The position numbers and the translations under genes were made by a program. A stretch of 64,000 nucleotides of DNA from Camelus ferus (lineage: Eukaryota). The stretch spans positions 51,896,001 through 51,960,000 of the forward strand of contig NC_045707.1 in the NCBI RefSeq assembly GCF_009834535.1. Direction: 5' to 3'. The first letter of the stretch is position 1. Each line of letters begins with the position of its first letter. The notes under the pieces were generated by a model, which ran no database searches, was not told the DNA's origin, and saw only the letters and a program-made list of their open reading frames with translations. This document shows, one piece after another, positions 1 through 13,479 of this stretch.

Positions 1-199
1 ATATTACAAAGGGATTGTAGATGTTACTGTGCTTTTCACCTGCACGAGTCCCTCATGAAAGCCAAGAATGAAAATACTTACGCTTGCTATTTGTAGAAGA
101 TTTTGCGACAGACATGAATGTTTCCAAGTTAATAGGTGTATGTTAGCGTGGGTATTTGAATGCTGGGTTAAAACTGGTTATTATCCCTTGCTTCCAGAT

Positions 200-355
200 T
201 GAATTAACCTAGGAAGATTTAAATGATACTGAAGCCTTGGTTCCCATATCTGACCAAATAAATCAGAACCACCGGGGTTGCAGTCAATGTATAACGGTTT
301 CTAAAAAGTTTTTTAGGTGATTGTAGCAAACAGCTAGGGTTGAGAATTTCTGACT
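200..355. mobile_element. MER5-type hAT-Charlie MITE, degraded
   Basis: Motifs 'aaatcagaacc...', 'taggtgattgtagcaaacagctagggttgagaatttctg' resemble the MER5A/B internal and terminal motifs. Boundaries approximate. Confidence 0.55.
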
Positions 356-2339
356 TATAATAAAGAAGGCATACTGATGTGAATTCCAAAACTGTCTAGT
401 CCAAATACTTCCTCCCAAAATGACATCTTCAGTCTTCAGTATTCCAAGACATTCACATTACTTTCTCTTAGAGAGCTCTTTTGGACTAATGTTTTTGATG
501 GTTTGTAAAGAGTTTCAACATCAAGTTATCAAATTAATGATGTGTCATCACCTGTTAACATGAAATAGGTGTTATGTTTCTAACAGCAAATGCTAGATTA
601 ATGTCATTTTAGTCACAAGAAGTTCAAAATCAATTTCAATGCTAATCAGTGGTTGAAAGAATAGATTAGTAATGCAGCGAATACCATTACCCTTTCAAGC
701 AGTTCTTTTATGCGATGCTCCCTGCTGAAGTGAATATGGTTGTGAGGCAATGATATCATAAAGCAAAGTATCAGATTAAAAGAAGGAAAGAGAAAAAGAT
801 CCTGAAGAAGAAAAAGTTAAAGTTTCCTTAGTGAATTTATTTTGTCTACAATATCATTTCAGCAATAGATTGAATATGTTACTATTTAAAATAAGAATTT
901 CTGTCACATTAAAAATTAGTTGACATGTATGATTTTTGTGCTAAATCATTTTAATTTTAATATAAAATTCTTAAACTCAAAATTGTTTTTATCTCTACCT
1001 CACAATGTTATTTTAGGCTGATATTGCTGTATTTGCCTGGACTATGTTATTTAAGTAACCTAATCAATATAGAGAAAGCAGCACCCCAATAATATTCCTC
1101 AGTGAAAATATGATGTTATTACTCTAGTTCAGTGGTAATATGTAAAGAGCCCAAAGGACATACTCTTTCATTACTGATCTCTTATTCATTTCCAGTGTAG
1201 GTTTGAAAGATATTCTGTAATTGTATTTAGTTTGTTCATCCCAAAATGCTGTCTATGAAGAGAAATTCAGATCCATACGAGATTTTCATTTGAAGGAAGT
1301 TATTGAAAAACCCGATTAAGAAGGAAATCTTTTTGCATGATGTTTCTCTACTGCAGGAAAGTTTAGCAGAAAAAAGTTAAAAACATTTTAAAACTTTCTC
1401 ATTTTGCTTAAAATTCTACTATAAAGCCATGAATTTTATATAATAAATATAAGTATATATTAGAAATCGAACTAGAAAAAAAAATAATTTGTGTTTCACA
1501 AAGTGAACAAAATATGTTGAGGATATTAGCTGCGTAGACTTACAGTAGATAAATGCAGCATATCCCTTCACACTGGCAACATAGTCTTACTTATTTTAAA
1601 CCATAGTATATGTTACTAGTATTGGGTTCTTGATCATTTCCTATAATGTGTACTCACATTTGAGCAATGTCTTCATCATGTGATCATTGTGCAGGGGTAA
1701 AAGCCAAATAAGAGTATGATTGAAAGGAAGTGTCAGGCACTGTCTTAATCCATCTCCAGTTTTAAACATTGGATCACACCATGGCCATGACCTTACTTTA
1801 ATCCTTATAGCAAGGCTAGAGTTTATTTTGTGGCTTTTTTTTTTTTTTAACTGAAAAGAAGTCTTAATATTTAATCGTTTAATTTTTGACCCAGTATCAG
1901 TTGTCTTTTCCATCCTAATGCCTCCATGTATTGACTCTCTCTATTCCCTTGCATTTTTCATTGCACAATGGTCAATTTGGGGCTTAGTTTTAAGTTTCTT
2001 ACAATGCTTTGTCAAAAACAGCTAACAATAAAAATCACATGCTACCAACAAACTTTCTTAACCTCCAGTCACCCAGCACTTTAAGGTAGATTGTCTGTAT
2101 TATATGTCTTCCAATTTATTGCTGGCATAATGTACTGAATATTTTCCACTACTAATATAGATACTGTCCCATACTCTGAAAACATTGTTTTTTCCTCACT
2201 GCCTGATGCCTGACCCCTAAAAACAGTGCGACAGATATCATATTGTAATTTGGGGGCAGCTATCCACTCATAGGTTCTGATTTCTCTTTCAGACAGAAAG
2301 GGCTAAATTGTGCTGTTTTAAAAACACCACGAAAATCTC

Positions 2340-3725
2340 TTTTTTTGAATTAGTAGACTTTATGTTTTAGAGTAATTTTATACTTACAAAGAAATGAACG
2401 GAAAATATAGAAAGTTCTCCACTGCCCCATCCCCTACCCAGAATTCCCTTTATCATTAACATCTTCACTAGTGTTGTACATTCCTTGCAGTTGATGAACC
2501 AATATTGGTATGTTATTATTAATTAAACTCTATAGTTTACATTAGGATTCAGTTTTTATACAGTTCTGTGGATTTTGACAAATATATATTATGTCTGCCA
2601 TTACAGTCCATTGCAGTATCACACAAAATAGTTTCAGTGCCCTAAAAACCCCCTGTGCATCACCTATTCATCTTCCTGCCCTCCGTCTAAGGCCCCGCAG
2701 CCACTGATCTTTCTATAGTCTCTATAGTTTTGCCTTTTAGAAGAGTATATAGTTGGATTCATACAATATGCAGCTTTCTCCAAGTGGTTTCTTGCATGTA
2801 TCAAGATTCCTCCATGTCTTGTCTTGAGAGCTTATTTCATTTTATTGTTGAATAATACTCTATTGTATTTATGCACTGTAGTTTGTCAAATCACCTTTTG
2901 AATTCCAAGGTTTGGCAATTATGAAGAAAGGCAGCTTTACATGGTCTAGTGCAAATTGTTGTGTGGATACAAGTTTTTCAACTCATTTGGTTAAATATTT
3001 TGGAGTGTGATATCTAGGAACGTGATAAGACTGTTTGGCTTTGTAAGAACCTGCCAGGCTGTCTTCCAAAGTGTCTGTACCTTTCTGCTTTCCCACCAGC
3101 ACCAGATGAGATTTCCTGTTGCTCCGTATCTTGCTAGCAATTGATGTTGTTACTGTTTTGGATTTTAGCCATTCTAAGAAATGTGTAGTGGTATCACATT
3201 ATTTTAATTTGCAGTTCTCTAATAGCATGATGTTAAACGTCTTTGAATATGCTTATTTGACATTAGTATATCATCTTTGGTGAGGGTGTATTCTCATATT
3301 TTGCCATTATTTGGCTGTTTGCTTTCTTATTGCTGAGTTTTAAAGCTTCTTTCCATATTTGGATTCAAGTGCCATATCAAACATGTTTTGCAGATATTTT
3401 TCCCACTCTGTGTCTTGTCTATGAATTCTCTCAACCGTGTTTGTGTGGAGAAGAAATTTTTAATTTTAATAAAGTCTGACTTATCTTTTTCTTTCACATA
3501 TGGTGCTTTTGCTGTTGTATATAAAAAGTCATCTTCAAGCTCCAGATTACATAGATTTTCTCCTATGTTATCTTCTTGGAGTTTTAATTTACATTTTCAG
3601 TTTAAATCTGTGATCCATTTTGAATCAATTCTTGTGGAATGTGTTAGGTCTGTGTCTAGATTCTTTTTTGCTGCATGTGTATGTCCAATTTTTCCATCAT
3701 TTTTCCTTTTAGACTCCTTTATCCA
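2340..3725 (-). mobile_element. Old LINE-1 3' end and ORF2 3' part (L1MC1/2-like), antisense
   Basis: Starts at a T-tract then 'tagactttatgttttagagtaattttatacttacaaagaaatgaacggaaaatatagaaagttctcc' (L1MC-type 3' end). Continues with typical antisense ORF2 text such as 'ttctcctatgttatcttc' and 'gatccattttgaatcaatt'. ORF 3388..3729 is its antisense reading. Confidence 0.85.
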
Positions 3726-3729
3726 TTAA

Positions 3730-3845
3730 ATGGTGAAGAATTGACAAGACAAAGGTGTTTGGGCTAGGGATAGTAAATTGTAAAGAAATAACTAGGAAGA
3801 TAAGGGTTTGTTGAATGAGGTTTGTTTATACATATTTCTCTTGAG
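3730..3845. mobile_element. Short ERV LTR-like fragment between two L1 segments
   Basis: 'gggctagggatagtaaattgtaaagaaataactaggaagataagggtttgttgaatgaggtttgtttatacatatttctc' is not L1-like and resembles a MER-class ERV LTR segment (from recall). Confidence 0.4.
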
Positions 3846-5900
3846 CCTGTTGATGTGATGAGTTACATAAATTAATTTTTGGATGTTGAATCGGTGTTGC
3901 ATACTTGAGATAAATTCTGAGGTAAATTCCACTTTTTAATGGTGTATAATACATTTTATATATTGTTGGGTTTGATTTGCTCATATTGTGTTGAGCATTA
4001 TTTGTGTCTATGTCTGTGAGAAATATTGGTCTATAATATTTCTTTCTTGTGATGACTTTGTCTGGGTTTTGTATTGGCTGTTTCCATAGTACAAATGAGA
4101 ACGTATTCCATCTACTTCTATTTTCTAGAAGAAATTGTAGAGAACTGGTATCATTTCTTCCTTGGACTTCACCAGTAGAGGCATCAGGGCCTAGTGCTTT
4201 CTGTTTCAGTTATTAATTATTGAATTAATTTATTTAATAGATACATGCCTATTCAGATGATCTAGTTCTCTTTGTGTAAGTTTCTATAAATTGTGTCTTT
4301 CAAGAAATTGTTCATTTCAACAAAATTATCAATATTGTGGGCATAAAGTGGTCAATAATATTCCTTTATTATTCTTTCAATGTCCATGGGTTCAGTAGTA
4401 ATGCCCACCTTTTATTTCTGATAATTTGAGTCTTCTCTCTTTTTTTATTGGTTAGCCTGGTTAGAAGTTATCAATTTTATTTTTTTTTTCAAAGAACCAG
4501 TTCTAAATTTTGTTGATTTTCTTCTATTGATGATCCATTTTTAATTTCATAAATTTCTGATTTATATTTTATTATTTATTTCTGGCTTGTTTTTGATTTA
4601 GTTTCACTTTTTTTAGTTTTAGGTGGAAGCTTAAAGTATTGATATTAGATATCTTTATTTTTTAATATACACATTCAATGCTATAAATTTTCTTTAAGCA
4701 TTATTTTCTTTGTATCTCACAGGTTTTGATAAGGTTCATTTTCATTTTTATTTTGTTTAAACTGTTTTAAAATTACCTTAACACATGCATTAATGAGAAG
4801 TATGTTGTTTGATCTTCAAAATTTCAGTGTTTTTCAGTTATATTTTTCTAATTGATTTCTAGCTTAATTCTGTTATGCTCTGAGAGCAAACTTGTATGAT
4901 TTCTCTTCTTTTAAATATATTAAGGGGTCTTGTATGGCCCCATGTTTGGCTTATCTTGGTGAATGGTCCCTATGATTTTGAAAGAATGTGTATTATGTTG
5001 TTATTAGATGAGGTAATCTTTAAATGTCAATTAGATCCAGCTGATGATGGTGCTGTACAGTTCATCTATATGCTTATTTACTCTCTGCTGAATCCGTGAA
5101 TCGAAAGGTTTGTGTTGAAGTCACCAACTTTAGTAGTGGATTTCCTTATTTCTCCTTGCACTTCCAGTGTTTTTGGCCTGACATATTTTGATACACTACT
5201 CCTTGGCACATACACATTATGGATCACTATGGAGATTTGACCCCTTTATCATTATTTAGAACCCCTTCCTACCTCGGATAATTCTTCATACTGTGAAGCT
5301 GGGATTGTCTGCAATGAATATATTCAGATTTCCTATGTTTAGTTTTAGCATGGTATATTTTTCTCTATTTCTTTACTTTTTGTCTATCTTTATATTTAAG
5401 GTAGACTTCTTATAAACAACATGGAGTTGGGTCTGGATTTTTTGTTCAGTTTTTCATCCCCTGTGATACTGTCTGTCTTTTCATTGGTGAACATTATACC
5501 ATTCATGTTTAAATGATTATTGATATAATTGGTTTCTATCATATTTTTAACTTATATTCAAAACATTGTTTTTCTTTGTTTTTTTCTTCAACTATTTTTT
5601 CTCCTTCTCTGGTTTTAATTTAGTATTTGACTCCATTTTTTTTTTCTTTTTTAGCATGCCAATTATAAATCTTTTTAAAAAATATTTAGTGGTTGCCCTA
5701 GAGTGTGAAAGATATATTTACAACTAATAATTCCACTTTCCATTAACACTATATGATTTTACTGGTAGTGCAATTACTTTAAAAGTATTCCCAGTTCCTC
5801 TAGTTCCTCCCATAATCCCTTTAAAATCACTGTCATTCATTTCACTTATCCATAAGTTATAATCATCTGATACATTATTGCTATTATTATTTTGAAGCTA
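3846..5900 (-). mobile_element. Old LINE-1 ORF2 (RT to EN region) and inter-ORF, antisense
   Basis: Antisense L1 motifs: 'gatttgctcatattgtgttgag', 'aaagaaccagttctaaattttgttgattt', 'ttgaaagaatgtgtattatgttgtt', 'tgttgaagtcaccaact', 'tcttataaacaacatggagttggg'. Confidence 0.85.
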
Positions 5901-7554
5901 TCATGGTTATGAAGAAGAGAGGAGTATTCAGTATATAAAACCCATCAAAGAGTCAGAGTTGTTGAGTAGCTTAACACCTACTCTGAGCAAGCAAATTGAT
6001 GACTACAAATTAACCTGATTTAGGTTACCACTCTATCCAGCAACATCAAACATCTTAATATTATCTTTATATTCAATGATGTGGACCATATATCAATATG
6101 ATTCAAATTTAAAAGTGTTTTGTTGGTATATCTGTAAGAGCATTCAAACCATATAAGGTTTCTTACATTACTTCACATTATTACTTTGAACATTTCTTTT
6201 CAAAATGAAACATTACTTTTCATAATATAACGTTTCTGTTAAGGGTATTAATAGTACTGATTTTAGTCATGTGTAATATGTGAAGAACTTGAAAGTAGTT
6301 ATTAGCTTCAAAATTTAGTAACAGTGTATGAAATGCATTTGCAGTTAAAGTTGGGTGTGATTCTCTAGTATCTTTGAGACAACCTCCTTAAAAAAAAATC
6401 AGAATATAATTGTATCATTCAAGATAACCAAGAAAAAGTAATCCAGACTATAACAAACACATATTTATTTTTCATTTTCACCTTGCTTCAGTAGCTTGGA
6501 AGTCCCGTTTCAAAAATCTTCGTCTTCTTTGGAGTTCTAGCTTTCATTTGGTTTATGGAAGTTATAATTCTACGTTAGTGCTATGTTACTGTAAAAATAA
6601 TTTAAGATTCAGGTAAATATCTCATAAGTAATTTTGTGTAAATACCCCTAATGGTGGCTATACATAGTGTAAGAATGCATCTAGAAAATTTTACTATGTC
6701 TTTTGGTTTCAAGATTTTATAAAATTAAAGCAGTAAATAAAATAATGGGAAAATATTGTCATACTTTTGAATACTGTGATGATTATTAAACAACCATGAT
6801 ACAATACCCAACTACTCCAAGCTAAGAATATAATATATCACCAGGGACAATTATGACTAATTAATTACATATTAGAATGAATTTTTCAATAAAGTATAAT
6901 TATTGTTTTATTCCTGTGGTTAATGCCTCTGTATAAGCTCATAAAGTGGGTTCTATTAAGTCTAAAATGATCTTTTGGTTTCTTTTAATAATTAAAACCT
7001 ATTTTAGAGTAATATCATGTATATATTAAAAAAGATGTATGAAAATGCTTAACAGAGTGTCTGTAAATATAATTGTTTGATGACACTCTATTAGAACACT
7101 GTAACTTTCCATTGAAATACGTTCTTTTTCCAGATTTTTATCTACAGTAAAATAAAATTATATTTTCAATTTAGAAGAAAATTTGTTCATTGAAGAAATA
7201 CCAAACTAATGCAGTGAAAAAGAAAAGAAAATCCATTATGAATTACTTTTTAGTGATGATGAATATTTAACACCATTTTGAAATGTAGAAGAGGAAGTAC
7301 TTACTCTTTGAGAAACTAATTTGGATTTCCTGAAATAAGTAAAGTCTAAGTGAATAGAGCACTTGTGGTTTATCAATTACACTATTCTTGCTGTTCTTGC
7401 CAAACATACTTGGTATCTGCAACAGTACTACTGCCTTGGAAATCTCAGAAAAATGTAATACACACTTTACTCATGTGGTTTTGAGCTTCTCCCTTCTTTT
7501 ATTTAGTATTTGTGACAAAAGAAATGCCATATTTTCTCCAAAGATATTTTGTTT

Positions 7555-7790
7555 TCCTCCTGGGCACATAGAAACATTTTCCAGCCTCTATCCTTTCTTC
7601 TCATGAAGTTAGGTGGTAGTATGTGACCAATTTCACTTAATAGAATGTGAGAAGAAGACATACGACACAGACAAACTGGATTGTAATCTCTCCACTGCAC
7701 AATTCTCCATTTTCTGTTTTACCTCTTTGGCTGACACCTCCTGGCCATGTATTAAGAATATCAGTTTCACAAAATGAACAAATAGACAGG
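7555..7790 (+). mobile_element. MLT1-type (MaLR) LTR fragment
   Basis: 'cattttccagcctc...gttaggtggtagtatgtgaccaatttc...aatagaatgtgagaagaag' matches old MLT1H/I/J-type core motifs. Confidence 0.55.
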
Positions 7791-9719
7791 GTATGGTTTC
7801 TTAATGGCAACCATATGAGATTTTGAGTAAAATTGGAAGTGAATAATCAATTTTGAATGTTAATTCACCAATTTGTGAATTTGTTTTCTGATACACATCT
7901 AGTATTATGTACCCAAAGTCTATATAACTCATTATATTTACATAAGATTTTACATAGAGTATAATAGGATGCAATTTATTCAGTTTGTTTAAGAGATATA
8001 ATTGAAATCGAATTTTAATTTTATAATGTTTTAAGGAAAGTTTAGTTAGTATAAAAACATCTAGGTTTTTTTTAATGTAATGCATTTGTATTTACTACTA
8101 TAACACAAAATACATATTATTATATAATTATAGTATTACCTATAGTTGTTATATAGACAAGCTGTACAGAGATTGTATTCTGATGAATAACTCTCCTACA
8201 TGAATGATAACTCAGAGATAAACACAGATTAAGTTTGCTGGTCTACTTATATTTTAACTACAGGAGAGGTCATTTTAAGGGATACATAAAATAAACAGTA
8301 AATATAAAACTTCCTCTTACTCCCATAATTTTACTATATACCCTTGAAACACTTTCAACATATTTTCTAAGTTTAACAAGTTCATTAATAATGAAGAATT
8401 AGAATTATTTTGTATACTTGAATGTTATCCTTAACCTACAAATTCACTTGATCATGCATGTGTCTTACTACCAAATCAAATGTAATTTATACTAGGATAC
8501 CATTGAAAGAACCTCAGTTTAAGAAATTATTTAATTTATGGTTTAGGGAATTACATAATGTAGGTTTTTGCCATGAGAAATAATAAGCTTACCATATATT
8601 GTATCTGTGGAAATGAATCACAGATAGATGAAAACAATTATTTTAATGGCATCAAAGCATTATCCATTTTGGTAGGATTTTTCTTTTCAGTAGAGTTTTT
8701 AAATGTGCTTTTTAGTCACAGTAATTTTATGTAGTTGTCCTCAATGGAATGAAATATGTTTTCTGTTTTATGATATTACTTTGTTCATTGAGAAACACCA
8801 ACACAGGTGTGTATCTGCTTCAAGCCATGTTATGAATGTTCATTAATAGTGTAATCTACCTAACCACACATAGCATGTCCTATATATAGTATTGCTCAAT
8901 ATATATTATTATAAATATTATATATGCAATCTTGTTTTTAAAGACTTATCAAAAGTAACTAATGGATATATTTCCACAGCCAATTTCGTGGTGAGCAGAC
9001 CAAACTGTATTTGTGTCTTAATTAGATAGGAAAATGGACAGAAAGTGCTCTAATTTAAAAATAACATTCTCTATGGGGAGGAAAAAAAAGATCTTGAACC
9101 AGGCAATTAGGCATATTTCCATTGCTGGAATGGCTCTAAAAATTGGTCTCAGGCACTGGTAAAATGAAAAGTCTTCAAGATAAATATCAGCCAAAAAAAG
9201 CTTTGTTATGAGTAGTACAGAGAGTGAAAGCTATGTAATGTTCATATTTATCTTCCAAAAAGTTCTGTAGTTTTTCTACAATTCAGAGAAATTGTGTAAA
9301 AAAGCTTCTATTTTCACACTTCACTGTGAGTATGAAGCCTAATTATAATATTGTCTCTTTTTCTATTTGAATGTGTCAGTTTTCATATTATGACTTTCAC
9401 ACCTGTACTAGCTAAGATTAAACAGTCATGTCATCTGAGACCACCCGGCAACTAAACTGTGAAAATTAATTTTAGTTTCACCTAAGCTCAACCCCATGCT
9501 GCTTTTCTATTACTCTCATACCAGGATATACATGACTTTCTCCTACCAAATGGCTTATTTATTGTCATAGACAATACTCTAAAGAGTTGTGGTGACAAAC
9601 TTTATCTCATATTTCCATATACTTTAAGAAACACATTTTATGTTTGAGGGAAGGATATTATAAAATCATTTTTCTTGTTTCTCATTCACATATATTTAAC
9701 AGAAACCTTCCTGATGATA

Positions 9720-12140
9720 AATATTGAACTGTAAAAAATATTAAGGTTAGCTGGCTATATGTGTGGTAATATTACATAATAAACACATAAACGTCTTATA
9801 TAAGTAGTTAATATTTTTAGGAAAAGTTTAAAAATAAGTGAAGTAAAATCTGATAAAACTAAAAGAAAAAATAGAAAAATCTACAATCATGGTTGGAGAT
9901 TTAATAATTCTCTCTTCATTAACTGATAGACTAGAACCAAACAATTATATTATCAGGATCTGCAGTTTAATATGAACAAATCTGTAAAACACTTCATAAA
10001 ACAATATTTAGAATCCACAAGTGTAGAAAAATTATATCATGATTCCTGGAATTCAAGACTGTTTTAACTTTGAAAACCAATCAATGCAGTCTATCATATT
10101 AATAAGTCAGAGCAAAAGTAATCATTTCACTAAATGCAGATAAATCATCTGACAAAATTCAACAGTATACATGAAAGAATTCTCAGAAAAATAGGTTAAG
10201 AGAGGGAACTCCCTCAACTTAATAAAATGTAGCTAAAAAAATAGAGCTAGCATTATATTTAATCAAAAATATGAAATTATTTCTGCTGAAGATCAGGAAC
10301 AAGTCAAGGATGAATATCTTCACTGTTTCTAGTCAATGTTGTACCATGGTCCTAGGAAGTGCAATAAACCATAGAGGGAGACAAAGGGAGACTGGGAGGA
10401 AGAGAGAGAGAGGAAGAATGCGAGTGAAGGAAAGGGAGACAGAGCATGGAGTTTGGGACAAAAGGGTAAACCTATTTTGTTTATAGAGGATAAGATCAAG
10501 TATATGGAAGATCCTAAGGGATCTACAAATAAAAGTTACTGGATCTAATAAACTCTAATGTGGTTTGCCACGTCACAAAATGGTAAGTCAATATATGGAA
10601 AGTAGTTATATATATGAGCAATTATAAATTAAATTTTTAAAAAACTATCATTTAAGTAGATTTTCATGAAATAAAATATTTAGGAATAAATTTAATAATG
10701 TATATGTGAACTCCATAAACTGAAAACTGCAAAAGACTGTTGACAAAAGGTAACAAATACTGAAATAAGCCAAGAGTTACATCTGGTTATTGGGTTGGAA
10801 GGCTCAGTATGGTTAAGATATAATGTATCCTCAAATAATCTATAGATTCCTTACAATGCCAATCAAAATTCCAGCAAACTTCTCTAGAAATTGACAGGTT
10901 ATTCCAAAATACATATGGAAAATCTAAGGACATAGTCAAAACAATTGTAAAAGCAAAGAACAGATTTATAGAACTAATGCTGTCTAATTCAGTGGCATAC
11001 TATAAAAGTATAGTAATCAAGACAGTACACCATTGGCATAAGGATAGATGTATGGATCAATGAAACAGAATAGAGAGTTCAGAAATAGACCTGCACTTAC
11101 ACAGTCAATTGATTTTAAACAAATATGTGGAAGTGATTCAATGATGGAAAGCCTACACTTTTCAACAAATTGTGCCAGAACAATTGGACATTCATAGAGG
11201 GAAGATAAACCTCGACCCACATATCACATCATACCCCAAAATTAGCTTGAAAACATATCACAGAACTAAATTTAAAAGTTAAAACTCGTATTTCTGGAGA
11301 AAACAGTGGAGAAAATCTTTGAGATATTAGGTTAGGAAAAGATTGTATTTAACAGACCATGAAAAGCATGAACTATAAAAAACATTGTTAAAATTTTGTC
11401 ATCAAAATTTAAAGCATCTTCCTGAAAATTCTCTCTCTGTACACAAATATATACATATATACACACACAAATTTGTATCCAGAAAAAATTTTTAACCTTA
11501 CAATGCATTAAAAAGAATACAACTAACCCAGTTATCAATAGGCAAATGTTTTTGAACAGATACTTGACAAAAATAAGTATACGAATAGCCAATATATTCA
11601 TGGAATGAAATTCAGTATCACTAGTCAGAAGATAAATGCAAATGAAAACTATAATGAAGTACCACTGTAAACCCATTATAATGGCAAAAATTGAAGAGGT
11701 GGACAACGTTAAGAGTTGATGAGGATATACAGTAACTGGAATCCTTTGGAAAACAGTTTGGAAATTTCTTGTAATATTAAATATACACTTAACATACAAC
11801 CTAGTACTCCTACTGTTTCTTTTCTGAATACAAGAAAACATATGCCCATAAAAATAAATACATGCTAGGTGAGTCCATTGATCTGAAAGTCTGAAACTGG
11901 CAAAACTAATCTGTAGTCGTAGAAATGAGACCATGATTTTCCTGGGCTAAGTGACTGGTGGGGTAGCAAAGCAGTGGTGGTGATGGTGGTGGTGTGGGAG
12001 GGATGGTCTTGAAATGGACTAGAGAGAATTAAATATTTAGGTTAATGGAATTCTTCATTTTTTTTTTTGTTGGTGGTGGTGGTGGTGGTTACTTGGATAT
12101 ATAAATCTGTCCCAACTAAATGTGTATATGCTTAAAATGG
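9720..12140 (+). mobile_element. Old LINE-1 (L1M/L1ME-type) ORF2 fragments and 3' UTR
   Basis: Sense ORF2 motifs: 'acaatcatggttggagatttaat', 'gacaaaattcaaca', 'ccaatcaaaattccagcaa', 'aatcaagacagtacaccattggc', 'gcaaatgaaaactataatgaagtacc', 'ggcaaaactaatct'. Many stops and indels. ORFs 11017 and 11332 are antisense to it. Confidence 0.85.
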
Positions 12141-12438
12141 GTTATTTGCCTCAGACAATGTGAAATGTATTAAATGCCAAAGTGAGACCAGATCTCACTA
12201 AATGTTTTCAAAGGAATCAGTTTCACAACTCTTAAAAAGCAAAATTTTATCACTCCAAAAGAGGAAAAAAAAGTAAAAGAATGACCAGAGGATTTTAATT
12301 AGAAGATTATTTAAAGAAAACAATTCCCATATGATAAACCCCCTCCCCACTACCGTATCCATTCACTAAGGAGAGAATGGGTGGAGGTGACTTTAAATGT
12401 AAAGTGAGAGAGACCACTTGGAGAGCTTGGTTAGAAGT

Positions 12439-13466
12439 TATTATGGGTTTAATTGTGTCCTCCAAAGGATGCATTGATGTGTTAACCCCAGGTACTTTTT
12501 TTGTATTAATTTTTGATAGAAATATAACCAGTTGCAATGTGTCAGTTTCTGTTGTACAGCGTAATATTTTAGTCATACATATACATACATGTATTTGTTT
12601 TCATATTATTTTTCATTATAGGTTACCACAAGATATTTAATATAGTTCCCTGTGCTATACAGAAGAAATCTGTTTTTTATTTATTTTTATATATTGGAGT
12701 TTTTATTTGCAAATCTCAAACTCCCTATTTATCCCTTCCCACCCCCTTTCCCCTGGTAACCATAAGTTTGTTTACTATGTCTGGGTCTACTTCTGTTTTG
12801 TATATGCATTCATTAGTATCTTTTTCCTTTTTTTAGATTCCATGTATGAGTGATATCATATGGTATTTTTCTTTCCCTTTCTGGCTTGCTTCTCTTAGAG
12901 TGATCCGTCCGTGTTGCTGCAAATGGCATTATGTTTTTTCTTTTTATGGCTGAGTAATATTCCATTGTATAAATATACCAAAGCTTCTTTATCCAGTCAT
13001 CTGTCTCACACCAGTCAGAATGGAGATCATTAAAAACAAACAAACAAACAAACAAAAATTCATGTATTTAAGAATACAACCTTACTTGAAATAGGGTCTT
13101 TGTAGATGTAGTCAGATTAAGATAAGGTTATTAAGGTGGGCTCTGATTCAGTGTAACTTGTGTCTTTATAAGAAGAGGAAAAAGGATGTACAGGCACACA
13201 AGGGGAAAACTCCATGGAATGACAGAGGCAGAAATTGAAGTGCTGTAGCTATAAGCCTAAGAATAGCAAGGATTGCTGGCAAGTCACTAGAAGCTAGAAA
13301 AAGGCACAGAAACTTTTCTCCCTAAAGGTTTCAGAGGGAGCATGGTCTTGTCACCATCTTGATTTCAGAATTCTAGCCTTCAGAACAGTGAGACAATACA
13401 GTTCTAATTGTTCTAAGTCACCCAGTTAGTGGTGCTTTGCTACATCAGGCCTAGGTAACTAATACA
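12439..13466 (+). mobile_element. MLT1B/C-type MaLR solo LTR interrupted by an L1
   Basis: 5' part 't(a)ttatgggtttaattgtgtcctccaaa...aaccccaggtac' at 12439-12495. Resumes at ~13070 'agaatacaaccttacttgaaatagggtctttgtagatg' and ends 'ctaggtaactaataca' at 13466. Confidence 0.85.
12496..13060 (-). mobile_element. Camelid-type L1 3' fragment with short 5' inversion
   Basis: Poly-T then antisense L1 3' UTR/ORF2 end to 13005. Then sense-oriented L1 'ctcacaccagtcagaatggagatcattaaaaa' (13005-13036) and (CAAA)n. Degenerate TSD caggtactt (12489-12497) / catgtattt (13061-13069). Confidence 0.85.
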
Positions 13467-13479
13467 GGTATTTTCATTA

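Noticed and set aside
654..697. Imperfect inverted repeat ttgaaag..gtaatg / cattac.ctttcaa
   Set aside because: Large bulge and short stems; no recognisable RNA family.
11332..11934. 200-aa ORF, the longest in the track
   Set aside because: Antisense to an old L1 ORF2/3' region. The hydrophobic F/I/C-rich translation is typical of antisense L1.
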